A stretch of 56,485 nt of DNA from a virus (IMGVR_UViG_3300011440_000004:1-56485); one strand, 5' to 3'; counted from the first letter of the stretch, positions 19,761 to 29,506 are shown. The notes: generated from the letters alone by a model not told the origin. A program made the numbers and translations.

Positions 19761-19903
19761 AGCGGGACCGGGCAGTGTGTGGCGCAGCGCAGACAGACGA
19801 GCCTACGCCACCGGTCCCGCTGCGCAGTCGTCCAGTCGATGAGGGCGACCGACGGCCACCAACAGGTCTGGCATCGCAGACCGGACAGCTGCAGCGGGAT
19901 CAC
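19757..19903 (-). CDS. Small Cys-rich protein
   Basis: CQTC/CLRC; GTGA coupling. Confidence 0.5.
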   Translation of the reverse strand: MIPLQLSGLRCQTCWWPSVALIDWTTAQRDRWRRLVCLRCATHCPVPL

Positions 19904-20061
19904 GGCGTCGCCTTGTCGACGAGCCGCACGATGGCGGCCGACCACCCCTCCATGTCGGGGGTCCGGGCGAGGCGCAGCAGCTTGCGGAACTGGCGCTGCG
20001 TCATCACGACGGTGAGGCCGACGCGGTGGTCGTCGGCGTCGAGAACGACCGGCGCGGCCAT
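19900..20061 (-). CDS. Small protein, possible ribbon-helix-helix DNA-binding protein (not in ORF track)
   Basis: MAAPVVLDADDHRVGLTVVMTQRQFRKLLRLARTPDMEGWSAAIVRLVDKATP; coupled at both ends. Confidence 0.55.
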   Translation of the reverse strand: MAAPVVLDADDHRVGLTVVMTQRQFRKLLRLARTPDMEGWSAAIVRLVDKATP

Positions 20062-20198
20062 CAGAGCGACAGCCGCTCGACGGGCACGTGGCGCTCACAC
20101 GAGAACCACTGCTTGGTCGGGGTGTTCGGTCCGGTCGCGGTGGTGATCCGGGTGGCCGGGTCGTCGCAGCCGGGATGGTCGCAGAGCACCGGCCGCAT
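20061..20198 (-). CDS. Small zinc-binding-like protein (not in ORF track)
   Basis: MRPVLCDHPGC...CERH; TGATG coupling. Confidence 0.5.
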   Translation of the reverse strand: MRPVLCDHPGCDDPATRITTATGPNTPTKQWFSCERHVPVERLSL

Positions 20199-20464
20199 CA
20201 CTCGGCCTCGTCGTCGTGCTCGTCGAGCAGGTTCGCGACGTTGGCTGTGACGAACGTGCCGGCGTCGTCGTGCCAGTAGAGCAGGACGTCGGTGTGGTGG
20301 CCGTCGGAGAACGTGACACGCTCCAGCAGCCGGGTCGCGCCAGTGCGGTCATGCCATGCGGCCTTGGCCTCCGGGTCGTCGATATCGAGACCGACCGACT
20401 CCAGCCAGTCGTGCAGGTCGTTTTCGGTGTGGATCGCGGTGTCAGCGAGCGTGGTATCTGCCAT
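20198..20464 (-). CDS. Hypothetical acidic protein, MADT start
   Basis: Start directly follows cassette copy 3. Confidence 0.7.
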   Translation of the reverse strand: MADTTLADTAIHTENDLHDWLESVGLDIDDPEAKAAWHDRTGATRLLERVTFSDGHHTDVLLYWHDDAGTFVTANVANLLDEHDDEAE

Positions 20465-20500
20465 GCCGACCATGGTACACAACCGGGGTTAGGTAGGCAA
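20453..20500 (-). promoter_or_regulatory. MADT cassette copy 3
   Basis: TTGCCT-acct-AACCCCGGTT-gtg-TACCAT-7nt-ATGGCAGATACC. Confidence 0.8.
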
Positions 20501-21529
20501 GGTGGCGTCGTCGAGCGCGGACCACCACACGTCGGCGAGCGCGTCCCACGTGTTGGCCTGGCCCCACTCCCACGCCCGATCTTGCAGCGCGCCGAGCTCG
20601 GCGCGGTCGGTGCCGAGACGGTCGATGGCGGCGGCGATCGGCTCGGCTCGGACGCCGGCGGTCTCGACGACACCGCCGGGCATCTGGAGCTGGCCGAGCG
20701 GGGCGGCGTCGAACAGGTCGACGGGCCACCAACCGTTCGCCGTGATGGCGGGCATGGACGCGGCGACACCGACCGACATCGCTTCTTGGACCGGCAGGCA
20801 CAGACCGCCGTAGCGGCGCGGCATCATCAGCAGGTGGGCGCCGGCGAACATGTCGAACCGGTCGTCGACGCCACCGCAGTGCACCCGCAGGTTCACGTTG
20901 CCCGGCACCGGCCCCAGGTCGAGGGTGCGTTCCTGCGTGTAGACCCGAACCGTGACATCGATCGACACACGACGCAGCGCCCGCGCGAGTGCGTTGGTGC
21001 CGTTGCGGTCATGTTGGCAGCGATGCCCGAGGGTGTGAACGACGGTGAGTTCGCCGTCGTCGGCGGGCCGGTTCATCGGCGCCATCGCTTCGACCGGGAT
21101 CGGCACGACCGGCCCGGCGGGCAGATGGTCGAGACGCCACGGTGTGGGCCACCACCACCGCGTCGGTTGCGGCCAGCGCCGGTTCATCGCGTGGCGCCAA
21201 TACTCGGGCATGCCGTGCACCACGGTGGCGACGCCGGCGTCGCGGGCCCAGTCGGCGAGACGCCAGTCGTACAGGGTTTCGGCCGAGTAGACGACGTCGA
21301 GGCCGTCGAGCCACGCCCGGGCAGCGGTCTCGTCGAGGCGGCCGGTCGTCCAGATGTCGCACCACAGCCGGGTGGCGTCGGGGTAGCGGTCGAGATGGTT
21401 CGGCACCGCGGTGTTGCGTGGCTCGTAGTCGATGACCGCGACGCGGTCCCACGGCAACGCCTGCGACGCGGCCCACGTGATGTGGCCGAGACCGCGGTCC
21501 TCGGCGCGTGCGATCAGACCGGCGCGCAT
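20489..21529 (-). CDS. Glycosyltransferase (GT4-like)
   Basis: ARAEDRGLG, VVYSAET, DRNGT, MPRRYGGLCLPVQEAMSVG motifs. Confidence 0.8.
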   Translation of the reverse strand: MRAGLIARAEDRGLGHITWAASQALPWDRVAVIDYEPRNTAVPNHLDRYPDATRLWCDIWTTGRLDETAARAWLDGLDVVYSAETLYDWRLADWARDAGVATVVHGMPEYWRHAMNRRWPQPTRWWWPTPWRLDHLPAGPVVPIPVEAMAPMNRPADDGELTVVHTLGHRCQHDRNGTNALARALRRVSIDVTVRVYTQERTLDLGPVPGNVNLRVHCGGVDDRFDMFAGAHLLMMPRRYGGLCLPVQEAMSVGVAASMPAITANGWWPVDLFDAAPLGQLQMPGGVVETAGVRAEPIAAAIDRLGTDRAELGALQDRAWEWGQANTWDALADVWWSALDDATLPT

Positions 21530-21756
21530 CAGCCGGCGACGCCTTCGCCGCACCAGTCGCCCTCTTGCATCTGCGGCCACACCTGCGTCACCCGTTCGTC
21601 GTCGACGGTGGCCACGAGCGACGGCGGGAACCGGTGACATTCGAGCACCGGTGCCTCGTCGTCGGTGCCGCGCCCGATGAACGCGGGCTCGGCGAACACG
21701 CAGTCGACGCACAACACCCGCACCGGCGGCCGGCGTGCCGGTCGGAGCTCAGCCAC
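21529..21756 (-). CDS. Small Cys-rich phage protein
   Basis: CVDC...CHRFPP...WP...DWCGE. Confidence 0.65.
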   Translation of the reverse strand: MAELRPARRPPVRVLCVDCVFAEPAFIGRGTDDEAPVLECHRFPPSLVATVDDERVTQVWPQMQEGDWCGEGVAG

Positions 21757-23479
21757 GGCGGCCCGCGAGGTGGGCGTCGAGGTGGTGGTGGCGCCAGTAG
21801 ATCAGACCGCCGGTCGATGGCCGACCGAAGATGGTGGGGATGCCGACCTCGGCGAGCTGCTCGACGACGGTGCCCATCCGCCATGAGCCGGGCATGTCGA
21901 CCATGTGGCGCATCTGGCGGCCGTGGAACTCCATGACGATCCGGTCGATCCGGTCGAGGTCGGATGGGAACGCGCCGGCGAGCAGCGGATATTCGCAGCC
22001 CTCGCAGTCGATCTTGAGCAGGGCGAGACGTCCACCGGGGCCGGCGGCGGCGTCGAGCGCCTGACGCAGCGTCACGGTCGGCACGTCGTAGCCGTCGCCC
22101 GAGTACTCGCACGACGGCCGGGTGCGGGTGCCACCTTCGTAGCCGGCGACGGCGCGTTCGACACGCAGCGTCTCACCCGCAGACCACACCGCGCAGCGAT
22201 GCACCTTGACGACGCGGCGTGCGTCGGAGTTGATCGAGATGTTGACGTCGAGGCGGTCGGCGATCGACGGTTCGGGCTCGTAGGCGTGGACGGTGTGTGC
22301 GCCGGCGGCGGCGGCCCATATAGCGAACGCTCCGATGTTGGCGCCGACGTCGATCACTGCGCCGTCGGCGACCTGGTCTCGTGTCAACCGGTACTGGTCG
22401 TCGCGCCACAACTCGTCGACGACTTCGCCGTCGGTGGTGCCGGGGCGCAGATCGAACCGGGCGGTGACCCGCGACTGGCGGTGCGTGGTGGTGGTGACGC
22501 CGGCGTGCCGCTGGTAGGTGCGCAAGGTGCGAGTCTGCCAGAGGCGTTCCATGACGTCGGCGAGACGATGCTCGTACAGGTGCCGGTCGATCACGTGGGC
22601 CTTCGCGGCGGTGCCGATGGCGCGGCCACGTTCGGGGTCGGCGAGCGCTGCCTCGATCAGGGTGTCGAGCGCGTCGAAGTCGCCGACCGGGTAGGTGTCG
22701 AGGTGGACGCCCGGCGTGTAGTGCTCGTCGAGGCCGATGACGTCGGGGTGGATCAGGTAGCCGCCACGGCCGAGGGTCTCGGGGATGCGGTCCGACCAGT
22801 AGTGGGTGGCGTCGCCGGCGAGACACGAGTCGCCGACCGCGACGGTCGCCGCGGCGTACAGATCGGTGAGGGCCTGCCCGCGCACCGGCGCCAGACGTGA
22901 CCGCGGATAGAACTCGACGAGCTCACCCCACCGGGCTCGCAGATGCTCGACGAGCTGCATGCGCAGCGGCCACTCTCGGGCGACGGTGTAGCGGTCCCAT
23001 GACCCGACGAACACGATGTGTTCGCCGTCGCGCGGGTTCGGGGTGCGGGCCGCTTCGGCGCCGGCGATCGCGGGCGGCATCCACCAGTGTTCGATGCCGA
23101 CCGACGACCACTCGGCCTGGTGGCCGCCGTCGGCGGTGCAGAGCACGTCGACGCCACGATGGAACTGCGACGTCGCGATGTCGGCCTCGCGGCGCAGGCC
23201 CCACCACCGGTCGAGGTGGTAGCCGACGACGGGCAGGTTCGCAGCCTTCGCGGCGTCGAGGGCGCGGCCGACGAGCGCACCGTTAGCCGGTCTCGACGCG
23301 GTCCACAGCACCATCGCCCACTCGGCGGGTGGCCGCGCGAGCCCGACCCAGGTGGCGCGGTCGGTCTCGTCGAGACGCACGACGGTGTGGCCGTTGACTT
23401 CGAGGGCGTCGGCGACGTGGCATTCGGTGAACCATGGGGCGTCGAAGTTCCCGACGTATGCAACTGTTAGCGGTGTCAC
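21749..23479 (-). CDS. Glycosyltransferase fused to FkbM-family methyltransferase
   Basis: N-term YHLDRWWGL...YWSDRIPETLGRGGYLIHP; C-term IDVGANIG, YEP, LKIDCEGCEY, MEFH. Confidence 0.8.
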   Translation of the reverse strand: MTPLTVAYVGNFDAPWFTECHVADALEVNGHTVVRLDETDRATWVGLARPPAEWAMVLWTASRPANGALVGRALDAAKAANLPVVGYHLDRWWGLRREADIATSQFHRGVDVLCTADGGHQAEWSSVGIEHWWMPPAIAGAEAARTPNPRDGEHIVFVGSWDRYTVAREWPLRMQLVEHLRARWGELVEFYPRSRLAPVRGQALTDLYAAATVAVGDSCLAGDATHYWSDRIPETLGRGGYLIHPDVIGLDEHYTPGVHLDTYPVGDFDALDTLIEAALADPERGRAIGTAAKAHVIDRHLYEHRLADVMERLWQTRTLRTYQRHAGVTTTTHRQSRVTARFDLRPGTTDGEVVDELWRDDQYRLTRDQVADGAVIDVGANIGAFAIWAAAAGAHTVHAYEPEPSIADRLDVNISINSDARRVVKVHRCAVWSAGETLRVERAVAGYEGGTRTRPSCEYSGDGYDVPTVTLRQALDAAAGPGGRLALLKIDCEGCEYPLLAGAFPSDLDRIDRIVMEFHGRQMRHMVDMPGSWRMGTVVEQLAEVGIPTIFGRPSTGGLIYWRHHHLDAHLAGRRG

Positions 23480-23489
23480 CGCCGAGACG

Positions 23490-23645
23490 CTACCCGTCGT
23501 CGCGCTGCAGGCGAGACGTGTCGTGTTCTGCCGGTGTGACACGACGCGTCTCGTCGACGAGGTCGTCGATGACGTCGGCGGCCTCGCGCATCGTCCACGG
23601 CCGATTGAAGTAGTTGCCGGCCTCGGCGCGCAGACGTGCCGCCAT
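23490..23645 (-). CDS. Possible short hypothetical protein
   Basis: Fills the gap; its C-terminus overlaps GACGYGTC units. Confidence 0.3.
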   Translation of the reverse strand: MAARLRAEAGNYFNRPWTMREAADVIDDLVDETRRVTPAEHDTSRLQRDDG

Positions 23646-23662
23646 CGCCCGAGCTCGGCGGG

Positions 23663-24436
23663 TCAGCTGCCAGGGAGCCACGTGTGGCGGCGTGACCGGC
23701 GCCCGGCCTGGCCGAGCGCGTACGGGTCGATCACCCGGCCGCCGCCTTGCGCTTCGGCCTTGGGCAGCGACGCCAGCCAGAGGTCTATCTCGGCGAGACC
23801 GGTCCAGCCCTCGCGGAACAGCGTCGACGAGATGACTTTCGAGACGCCCTGGCGAGAGATGGCCGTCGTGGTCGGCCCGGGCAGACGGCACGAGCCGGCG
23901 GTCGCGGGGCATGCCGCCTTGGCGAGTTCGAGACCGAGCGTCGCCGCCGATCTGACTCCGACGGTGTCGGGCACCTCACCCCACCGGTACGCCACCTCGA
24001 ACGTGTCCTCTTCGGTCGGTGGCCGCTCCATCCGCTGGCAGCACGGCCATGGGTCCTGGCCGCCGGGGTCGTCCTCGTCGGGGATGAACACGAGCCAGCG
24101 CCAGTCGTCGACGCGGTAGAAGGTGTCGGGGACGGCGACGCCGTCCATCAGGACTTCGGTCACGGTGATGACCGGGTAGCCGGTGAGGACGAACTCGGTG
24201 ACGCGTTGGCAGCCGGGCCGGCCGATCGAGCAGCCGCATTGGCCGCGTCCGGGGTTCGGCCGGTAGCGGTCGTCGACGATGCCGGACCATCGGGCGCCGG
24301 TGAGGTTGAACAGGATTTGCGACGCCGCGAGCAACGCCTCGTCGAGTTCCTCCGGGGCGATGGCTTTGACGGCGTCGTGGGCCTTGACGATCATCGGGTG
24401 GTCTCGGGTGGCCCACGGTCCGAGCAGCGACGTCAC
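23663..24436 (-). CDS. Head-to-tail adaptor (actinophage type)
   Basis: ASQILFNLTG..W.G...WPCCQ...TFEVAY.WG...CRLP...SRQGVS...TGLAEIDLW. Confidence 0.75.
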   Translation of the reverse strand: MTSLLGPWATRDHPMIVKAHDAVKAIAPEELDEALLAASQILFNLTGARWSGIVDDRYRPNPGRGQCGCSIGRPGCQRVTEFVLTGYPVITVTEVLMDGVAVPDTFYRVDDWRWLVFIPDEDDPGGQDPWPCCQRMERPPTEEDTFEVAYRWGEVPDTVGVRSAATLGLELAKAACPATAGSCRLPGPTTTAISRQGVSKVISSTLFREGWTGLAEIDLWLASLPKAEAQGGGRVIDPYALGQAGRRSRRHTWLPGS

Positions 24437-24451
24437 GGCGTCGAGGCTACC

Positions 24452-24709
24452 TCAGCCGGTGCCGACGATGCCGCCGAGCGACTGCGTCCAGAACGCGACG
24501 CAGTCGGCGACAGCACGATCGTGGCGGCCGACCGCGCCCGGTGCGCCGTTCTGCACGCCGCGCCACGCACGCCACACCTCGTTCTGGAGGGGCTTGGGCA
24601 GCTCGCGCCAGTGGCGTCGACACGCCAGGATCGAGAACGGCACAACCTGACCGCAGACCGGATGCGGGCAGGGGTGTTCGATCGGGTCGAGACCGGTGGT
24701 GTCAGTCAT
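24452..24709 (-). CDS. Small Zn-binding phage protein
   Basis: CPHPVC...ACRRHWRELP. Confidence 0.65.
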   Translation of the reverse strand: MTDTTGLDPIEHPCPHPVCGQVVPFSILACRRHWRELPKPLQNEVWRAWRGVQNGAPGAVGRHDRAVADCVAFWTQSLGGIVGTG

Positions 24710-25356
24710 TGGGGAAACTCCTTGTCGAGGATGGCCTTGGCGTCGACGAGACGCTTGAACACTTCGGCGTCGCCACCGCGGTCGGGGTGATGCAGCTTGG
24801 CGGCGTCCTTGTAGAGCGCGAGGGCGAACGACGGGTCGTCGTCGGTCTCCGATGACCAGTCGACACCGCAGTGGTCCGAGATGTAGCGGGCGGCCTGCTC
24901 GACGGTCATCGACGCCGGCCCCACCGCGATGCCGGTGCCGATGGCTTTCCACCCGGTGTACTGCTGGCCGTCGCGAGCGATGCCGTACCGCTCGATGCGG
25001 CGCAGGTTCTCCAGCCCGAGAGCGACGGCGCGGACGTTGTCTTCCCACCAGTCGAACCGGTCGCAGACGTAGCGCTGCGGGCCGTGGCGCGACTCGAACA
25101 TCACGATGACGCCGGGCGAGCGGGGTCGGACGTCGGCGCGCAGACCACCGTCGAGACGCACGCCGCGTTCGTCGACGTCGACGCAGATGACTGCCTCGTC
25201 GGGGTCGGTGGGGTTCTGCAACTTGCGGACCTCGTCGAACAGCAGCTGGCGGGTGTTCGACCACGGCGCCTTGAACGGCGACCGGTACGGCAGGTCGGTC
25301 GGTTTCTGCGGCCACCCACCCGCGGGCCATGGCGAGTACACGATCCGCCAGCTCAC
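24706..25356 (-). CDS. J-domain (DnaJ-like) protein
   Basis: C-terminal YKDAAKLHHPDRGG (HPD motif); WEDNVRAVALGLENLRRIERYG. Confidence 0.8.
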   Translation of the reverse strand: MSWRIVYSPWPAGGWPQKPTDLPYRSPFKAPWSNTRQLLFDEVRKLQNPTDPDEAVICVDVDERGVRLDGGLRADVRPRSPGVIVMFESRHGPQRYVCDRFDWWEDNVRAVALGLENLRRIERYGIARDGQQYTGWKAIGTGIAVGPASMTVEQAARYISDHCGVDWSSETDDDPSFALALYKDAAKLHHPDRGGDAEVFKRLVDAKAILDKEFPQ

Positions 25357-25541
25357 GACGACACCCCGGTGCGGTAGCGGCGCAGCTCGTCCATGGCCCA
25401 CTCGTTCGAGTCGACGTCGACGAGGGTGACGCGCTGGCGGGCCTGCGAGAACGACGTCAGCACCGTGCGTTGCGGGCCCGACATCTCGACGAGGTGGACG
25501 CGCTCGGCCTCGGTGATGACACGGTCGGTGGGCACGCTCAC
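25353..25541 (-). CDS. Hypothetical protein
   Basis: GTGA coupling at both ends. Confidence 0.5.
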   Translation of the reverse strand: MSVPTDRVITEAERVHLVEMSGPQRTVLTSFSQARQRVTLVDVDSNEWAMDELRRYRTGVSS

Positions 25542-25732
25542 GGCGTCACCGTCCAGCCGCGGCGGCCACCGGCGCCGTAGGCCTTGTGTTGGCGCTCGCT
25601 GCACCACACGCATCGGCGGGTGTTGCACAGCACGTCGTCGACGTTGTCGAGACCGGTGCTCTCCCATGCGTGCGAGCGCCGACCGGGCGGCGCGTCGGTG
25701 TCGAGACAGGTGACGGTGGTGGTATCTGCCAT
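25538..25732 (-). CDS. Small hypothetical protein, MADT start
   Basis: Follows cassette copy 4; CVWC motif. Confidence 0.65.
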   Translation of the reverse strand: MADTTTVTCLDTDAPPGRRSHAWESTGLDNVDDVLCNTRRCVWCSERQHKAYGAGGRRGWTVTP

Positions 25733-25768
25733 GCGACCAACGTACACAACCGAGGTTGGCGACAGCAA
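25721..25768 (-). promoter_or_regulatory. MADT cassette copy 4
   Basis: TTGCTG-tcgcc-AACCTCGGTT-gtg-TACGTT-6nt-ATGGCAGATACC. Confidence 0.8.
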
Positions 25769-25923
25769 GGGCGCGGGACGGCCCCGCCGCTACGACCGTC
25801 CGATTCTTGGCAGATACCGGTTGGAGGGAGCAGCGGGGCCGTCTTCGGTGTCCCCGTAGACACGACGCCGTCAGCGTTGCAGCGACGTGTTCGAGGGCGA
25901 GGGTAACACGCCTCGCAAGCGGC

Positions 25924-26568
25924 TCAGCTGGCGATCGACGTGATGAACCCGCACGCCACCGCGGGCAGGGCGTCGTCGGGAATCCACTGCGCCACACGTG
26001 TCGACGCGACCGGGAAGTCGTTGGCCGGGCCGTCACCCCAGTTGGGGTTCTCGACGAGCTGGCCCGAGATGACGGTCAGGTGCGTGCCGTTCGCCATCTC
26101 CTTGTCGCCGATGCGGATGTTCTGCGCCTGCGGGAACGCCCAATGCGCGTACGGATAGTCGGGGTCGAGCGCACCATTCTTGACGCGCTTGGCCCACGCC
26201 TCGATCGACCAAATGTTGGTCTCGTCGACCGGGCCGAGCGCCGGGTAGCCGGCGCCGATCGCGGTGCCGGCGGTGAGCACGACACCGTCGGTGAGACCGG
26301 CGGTGATGTACGGGTCGGGCACGAGGAACGTGATCGAGAAGTCGAGACGCTTGAACGTGTCAGCCGACCGGAACTGCGACTCGACCTCGCCGCACGCGTT
26401 CTTGTCTTCGATCTCGTCGCCGTCGGTGTAGACCGCGGTCGTCGCGAGGGTCGTGAACGACTTGGTGACCAGGATGTTGTTGGCGCCGACGGCGGGGGCG
26501 CCACCGGCTGCGAGCCGGCCGAACCGCAGGCGGCACGTCTGGAGCTGCGGTACACAGTTGTCAGGCAT
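25924..26568 (-). CDS. Major tail protein
   Basis: YTDGDEIEDKNACGE...IEAW...NPNWGDGP, typical of actinophage major tail proteins; GGAGG RBS. Confidence 0.8.
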   Translation of the reverse strand: MPDNCVPQLQTCRLRFGRLAAGGAPAVGANNILVTKSFTTLATTAVYTDGDEIEDKNACGEVESQFRSADTFKRLDFSITFLVPDPYITAGLTDGVVLTAGTAIGAGYPALGPVDETNIWSIEAWAKRVKNGALDPDYPYAHWAFPQAQNIRIGDKEMANGTHLTVISGQLVENPNWGDGPANDFPVASTRVAQWIPDDALPAVACGFITSIAS

Positions 26569-26645
26569 CGGTCATCCCTCCGAAGAGCTCTCAGTTGTCA
26601 CGGCGCGAACTGTACTGCACCGAACCGGCCGGTGCTCGCAACGGG

Positions 26646-26963
26646 TCATGGTGTGGCGAACACCGACGAGTTGACGGTGCGCGATATCTCGTCGGCGGCG
26701 AGCAGCCCTGCGGTGCCACGAGCCCGCGCCCACCACGTGCCGGCCTGGTCGAGCGCGGTCGGCTGCAGGTACTCCCACACTCCGACCGACGGGTTGGTGA
26801 TCGCGGCGTTGGGTGTCGACACCGCGGCCATCTCGACGCCGTCGGGTTTCTGCACCTGGAACGTCACCGCGGTCGGGTTGGTGAGCACGCCGGCGTCGTT
26901 GCGGAACGTCGCGACCCATATCACCTGGTCGCCGATGTCGAAGTCGCCGTCGCATGCGGTCAT
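26646..26963 (-). CDS. Small Ig-like structural protein
   Basis: GVLTNPTAVTFQVQKPDG...GTWWAR. Confidence 0.6.
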   Translation of the reverse strand: MTACDGDFDIGDQVIWVATFRNDAGVLTNPTAVTFQVQKPDGVEMAAVSTPNAAITNPSVGVWEYLQPTALDQAGTWWARARGTAGLLAADEISRTVNSSVFATP

Positions 26964-29503
26964 GGCGCCCTGCGTGCGGTCAGGTCGACGGTGGCGGCGC
27001 GCATGGTGGCGAGCGTAGCGCTAGCGGCGGGTCGGGTCGTGAGGTCGGCGTCGTTCGCGACGCGCGTTGACAACACGACGTCGCCGATGACGTTGGGTGC
27101 GCCACCCGTCGTCGTGAGCGTGCCGGTGCCGGTGATCGTGCCGGCGAGACGCTTGAACACGGCGCGGCCGACCACGCCGAGCGTGGCGATGGTGCCGCCG
27201 GTGCGCTTGGCGGTGGCGCGCCGCACGAGACCGGTCGGGGTGATCGACCCGGCGAGGGTCAGCATGAACGTGAGCGAGCGCACCACGACACCAGTCGGTG
27301 TCACCTGGCCGGCGAGACGCTTGAACGTCGACCGCCGCACGAGACCGGCGGCGGCGGTGCTGCCGGCGAGACGCTTGCCGGTGGCTCGCACGACGCGGCC
27401 CGTCGCGGTGATCGTGCCGCCGATCGTGAGCAGGAACACGGTGCCGAAGTCGACACCGCCTGTCGGAGTGATCGACCCGCCGACCGTCTTGAACGCGGCG
27501 CGCACCACCCGCCCGGTCGCGGTGATCGAGCCCGCGAGCCGTTTCATGGATCCGCGTGCGACGCGTCCGGTGGCGGTGATCGTGCCGGCGAACGCCTTGG
27601 CGATGGTGAGGCGTGGGTCGCCGGCGGGCACGACGGAACCGGCGAGACCCTTGGTGGTGTGGCGCACCGCCCGCCCGGCCGGCGTCGATGTCCCGGCGAG
27701 GCGTTTGGTGGTGGCCCGGCGGATCACACCGGCGGGCGTCACAGTGCCCGCCAGCGTCAGCATGCGCAGCAGAGACGCCGCCAGGGTGCCAGACGCGGTG
27801 GACGAGCCCTGGAGCGTCTTAGCCGTGCGTCTGATGGCGGCCCCGGTCGCCGTCGACGACCCGAGCAGCCGTTTCGTCGAGCTGCGCACGACACGTCTGG
27901 TCGCGGTTACCGTCCCGGCGAGGGTGCGGAACTGCGTCTTGGCCCGCGTCAGGGCCCCGGTCGGTGTCGAGGTGCCGGCGACACGCTTGCCGGTGAGGCG
28001 ACGCACCACCCCGGTCCCGGTCGACGACCCGCCCCGCGTCTTGGCCGATGCCCGCACGACGCGGCCGGTGCCGGTGACCGACCCGGTCACCGTCTTGAAG
28101 TTCTCGACGGGCCCCCCGGCGACGGCTCGTAGCCGCACGAACAGCGCCGGCCCGCACTGGTTGGTGGTGGTCGTGAACGCCAGCGCGAGCGCCACGGTGC
28201 CGGTGCCGGCGGTGACCTTGGCCTCGAACAGTTCGATGTTGCCGTCGTCGCCGGTGCCGACACCGGCCCCCGACGTCAGCCGGGTCGTGGGCCCGAACGT
28301 GATGCCTGACGCTGTGATCGCGGGCGAGGTGATCGTCAGCGACGTGTCGGTGTCGACGGCGACGGCGACCACGACGACGTCGTCGACGGCGAGCGCGGTG
28401 TTGGTGGATGCGGTGATGGAGCGGTTGGCGCCGTGGGTGGCGTCGTCGCCGGTCGAAGTGGCGATGTCCCACGTGTCGGTCGGGTCGTCGAGCTGGTAAG
28501 CGACCATGATGCCGAGACAGCCCGGGGTGGTCCCGCCGGTCTGATCGAACGTGACCGACCCCGATTCGGTCCCGGCGACGGTGTCTTTTGAGTCGCCGCG
28601 AATCTCGGTCGTGTGGTTGTCTGCCGCGGTGCCGGTGCCACCGGCGAGACCGCCGAGTGACGTCCATCCCGTCTCGTTCGACATCACGATGTCGGATTCC
28701 CAGCCGACGCGGAAGGCGAAAATCTGATCGCCCGCTGCGAGGCCAGTCGGATAGGCGATGCTGACCGTGGTGGTCCCGCCCGCCGACTTCGCCCCGACCG
28801 CGACCCGGCTGACCGGCGGCAGGACGACGGTGCCGAGTGCGGGCACCGCGACCTGTGCGCCGACGCCCTCGTTGGCGGCAACCGAGACATCGGCCGTCTC
28901 GGTGACGGTGCCCGTCGCCGACGTCGTCAGATCCTTGGTCGAGAGCGAGCCACTCGCCGAGTCGTTGTCGAACCGGACCCGGTTCGTCCATCCGCCCGTC
29001 GTCGACGTGAACCCACCGAACGGGGTCTTGGCGGCGAACATCGCGACGCCGAGGCATTCGTCGTACGGCGGCGTGAGCGTGATGGCATCGACGCCGGTGC
29101 CTGCCGAACCGTCGAACGTCAGCGTGTAGTCGACGCCAGCGGTTGCGCCGAGGCCGGTCCAGATCGGAGCGTCGACGTCGAACGTCCCCGCCTCGACCCG
29201 ACAGATGGCTCCAACGCGCTCACCGCCATCGTTCATCGTCCACGCGAACGACGGCGACGCCGATGGTGCGATGAGCGTGTAGATGCCGGCGACCGGGCTG
29301 TTGCCGATGATGATTTCCGCGACGGTCACCCACGGCGACGGCGGCGTCAGATCAGCGACTGACCCGAAGAACCCGCCGTGATTCAACACCAACGCGATGA
29401 GACCGTCGCCGGTCGCCACCGACGCCGGTGCGGTGACCGTGAACGTGGTCGAGCCACTGAACTCGGCGTCAGCTGAGGCCGACCCGAAGGTGGGGACGGC
29501 CAC
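26960..29503 (-). CDS. Large structural/fibre protein with C-terminal 18-20 aa repeats
   Basis: Two beta-rich domains then about 18 KRLAGxxTxTGxVxR repeats. Confidence 0.7.
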   Translation of the reverse strand: MAVPTFGSASADAEFSGSTTFTVTAPASVATGDGLIALVLNHGGFFGSVADLTPPSPWVTVAEIIIGNSPVAGIYTLIAPSASPSFAWTMNDGGERVGAICRVEAGTFDVDAPIWTGLGATAGVDYTLTFDGSAGTGVDAITLTPPYDECLGVAMFAAKTPFGGFTSTTGGWTNRVRFDNDSASGSLSTKDLTTSATGTVTETADVSVAANEGVGAQVAVPALGTVVLPPVSRVAVGAKSAGGTTTVSIAYPTGLAAGDQIFAFRVGWESDIVMSNETGWTSLGGLAGGTGTAADNHTTEIRGDSKDTVAGTESGSVTFDQTGGTTPGCLGIMVAYQLDDPTDTWDIATSTGDDATHGANRSITASTNTALAVDDVVVVAVAVDTDTSLTITSPAITASGITFGPTTRLTSGAGVGTGDDGNIELFEAKVTAGTGTVALALAFTTTTNQCGPALFVRLRAVAGGPVENFKTVTGSVTGTGRVVRASAKTRGGSSTGTGVVRRLTGKRVAGTSTPTGALTRAKTQFRTLAGTVTATRRVVRSSTKRLLGSSTATGAAIRRTAKTLQGSSTASGTLAASLLRMLTLAGTVTPAGVIRRATTKRLAGTSTPAGRAVRHTTKGLAGSVVPAGDPRLTIAKAFAGTITATGRVARGSMKRLAGSITATGRVVRAAFKTVGGSITPTGGVDFGTVFLLTIGGTITATGRVVRATGKRLAGSTAAAGLVRRSTFKRLAGQVTPTGVVVRSLTFMLTLAGSITPTGLVRRATAKRTGGTIATLGVVGRAVFKRLAGTITGTGTLTTTGGAPNVIGDVVLSTRVANDADLTTRPAASATLATMRAATVDLTARRAP

Positions 29504-29506
29504 GGC

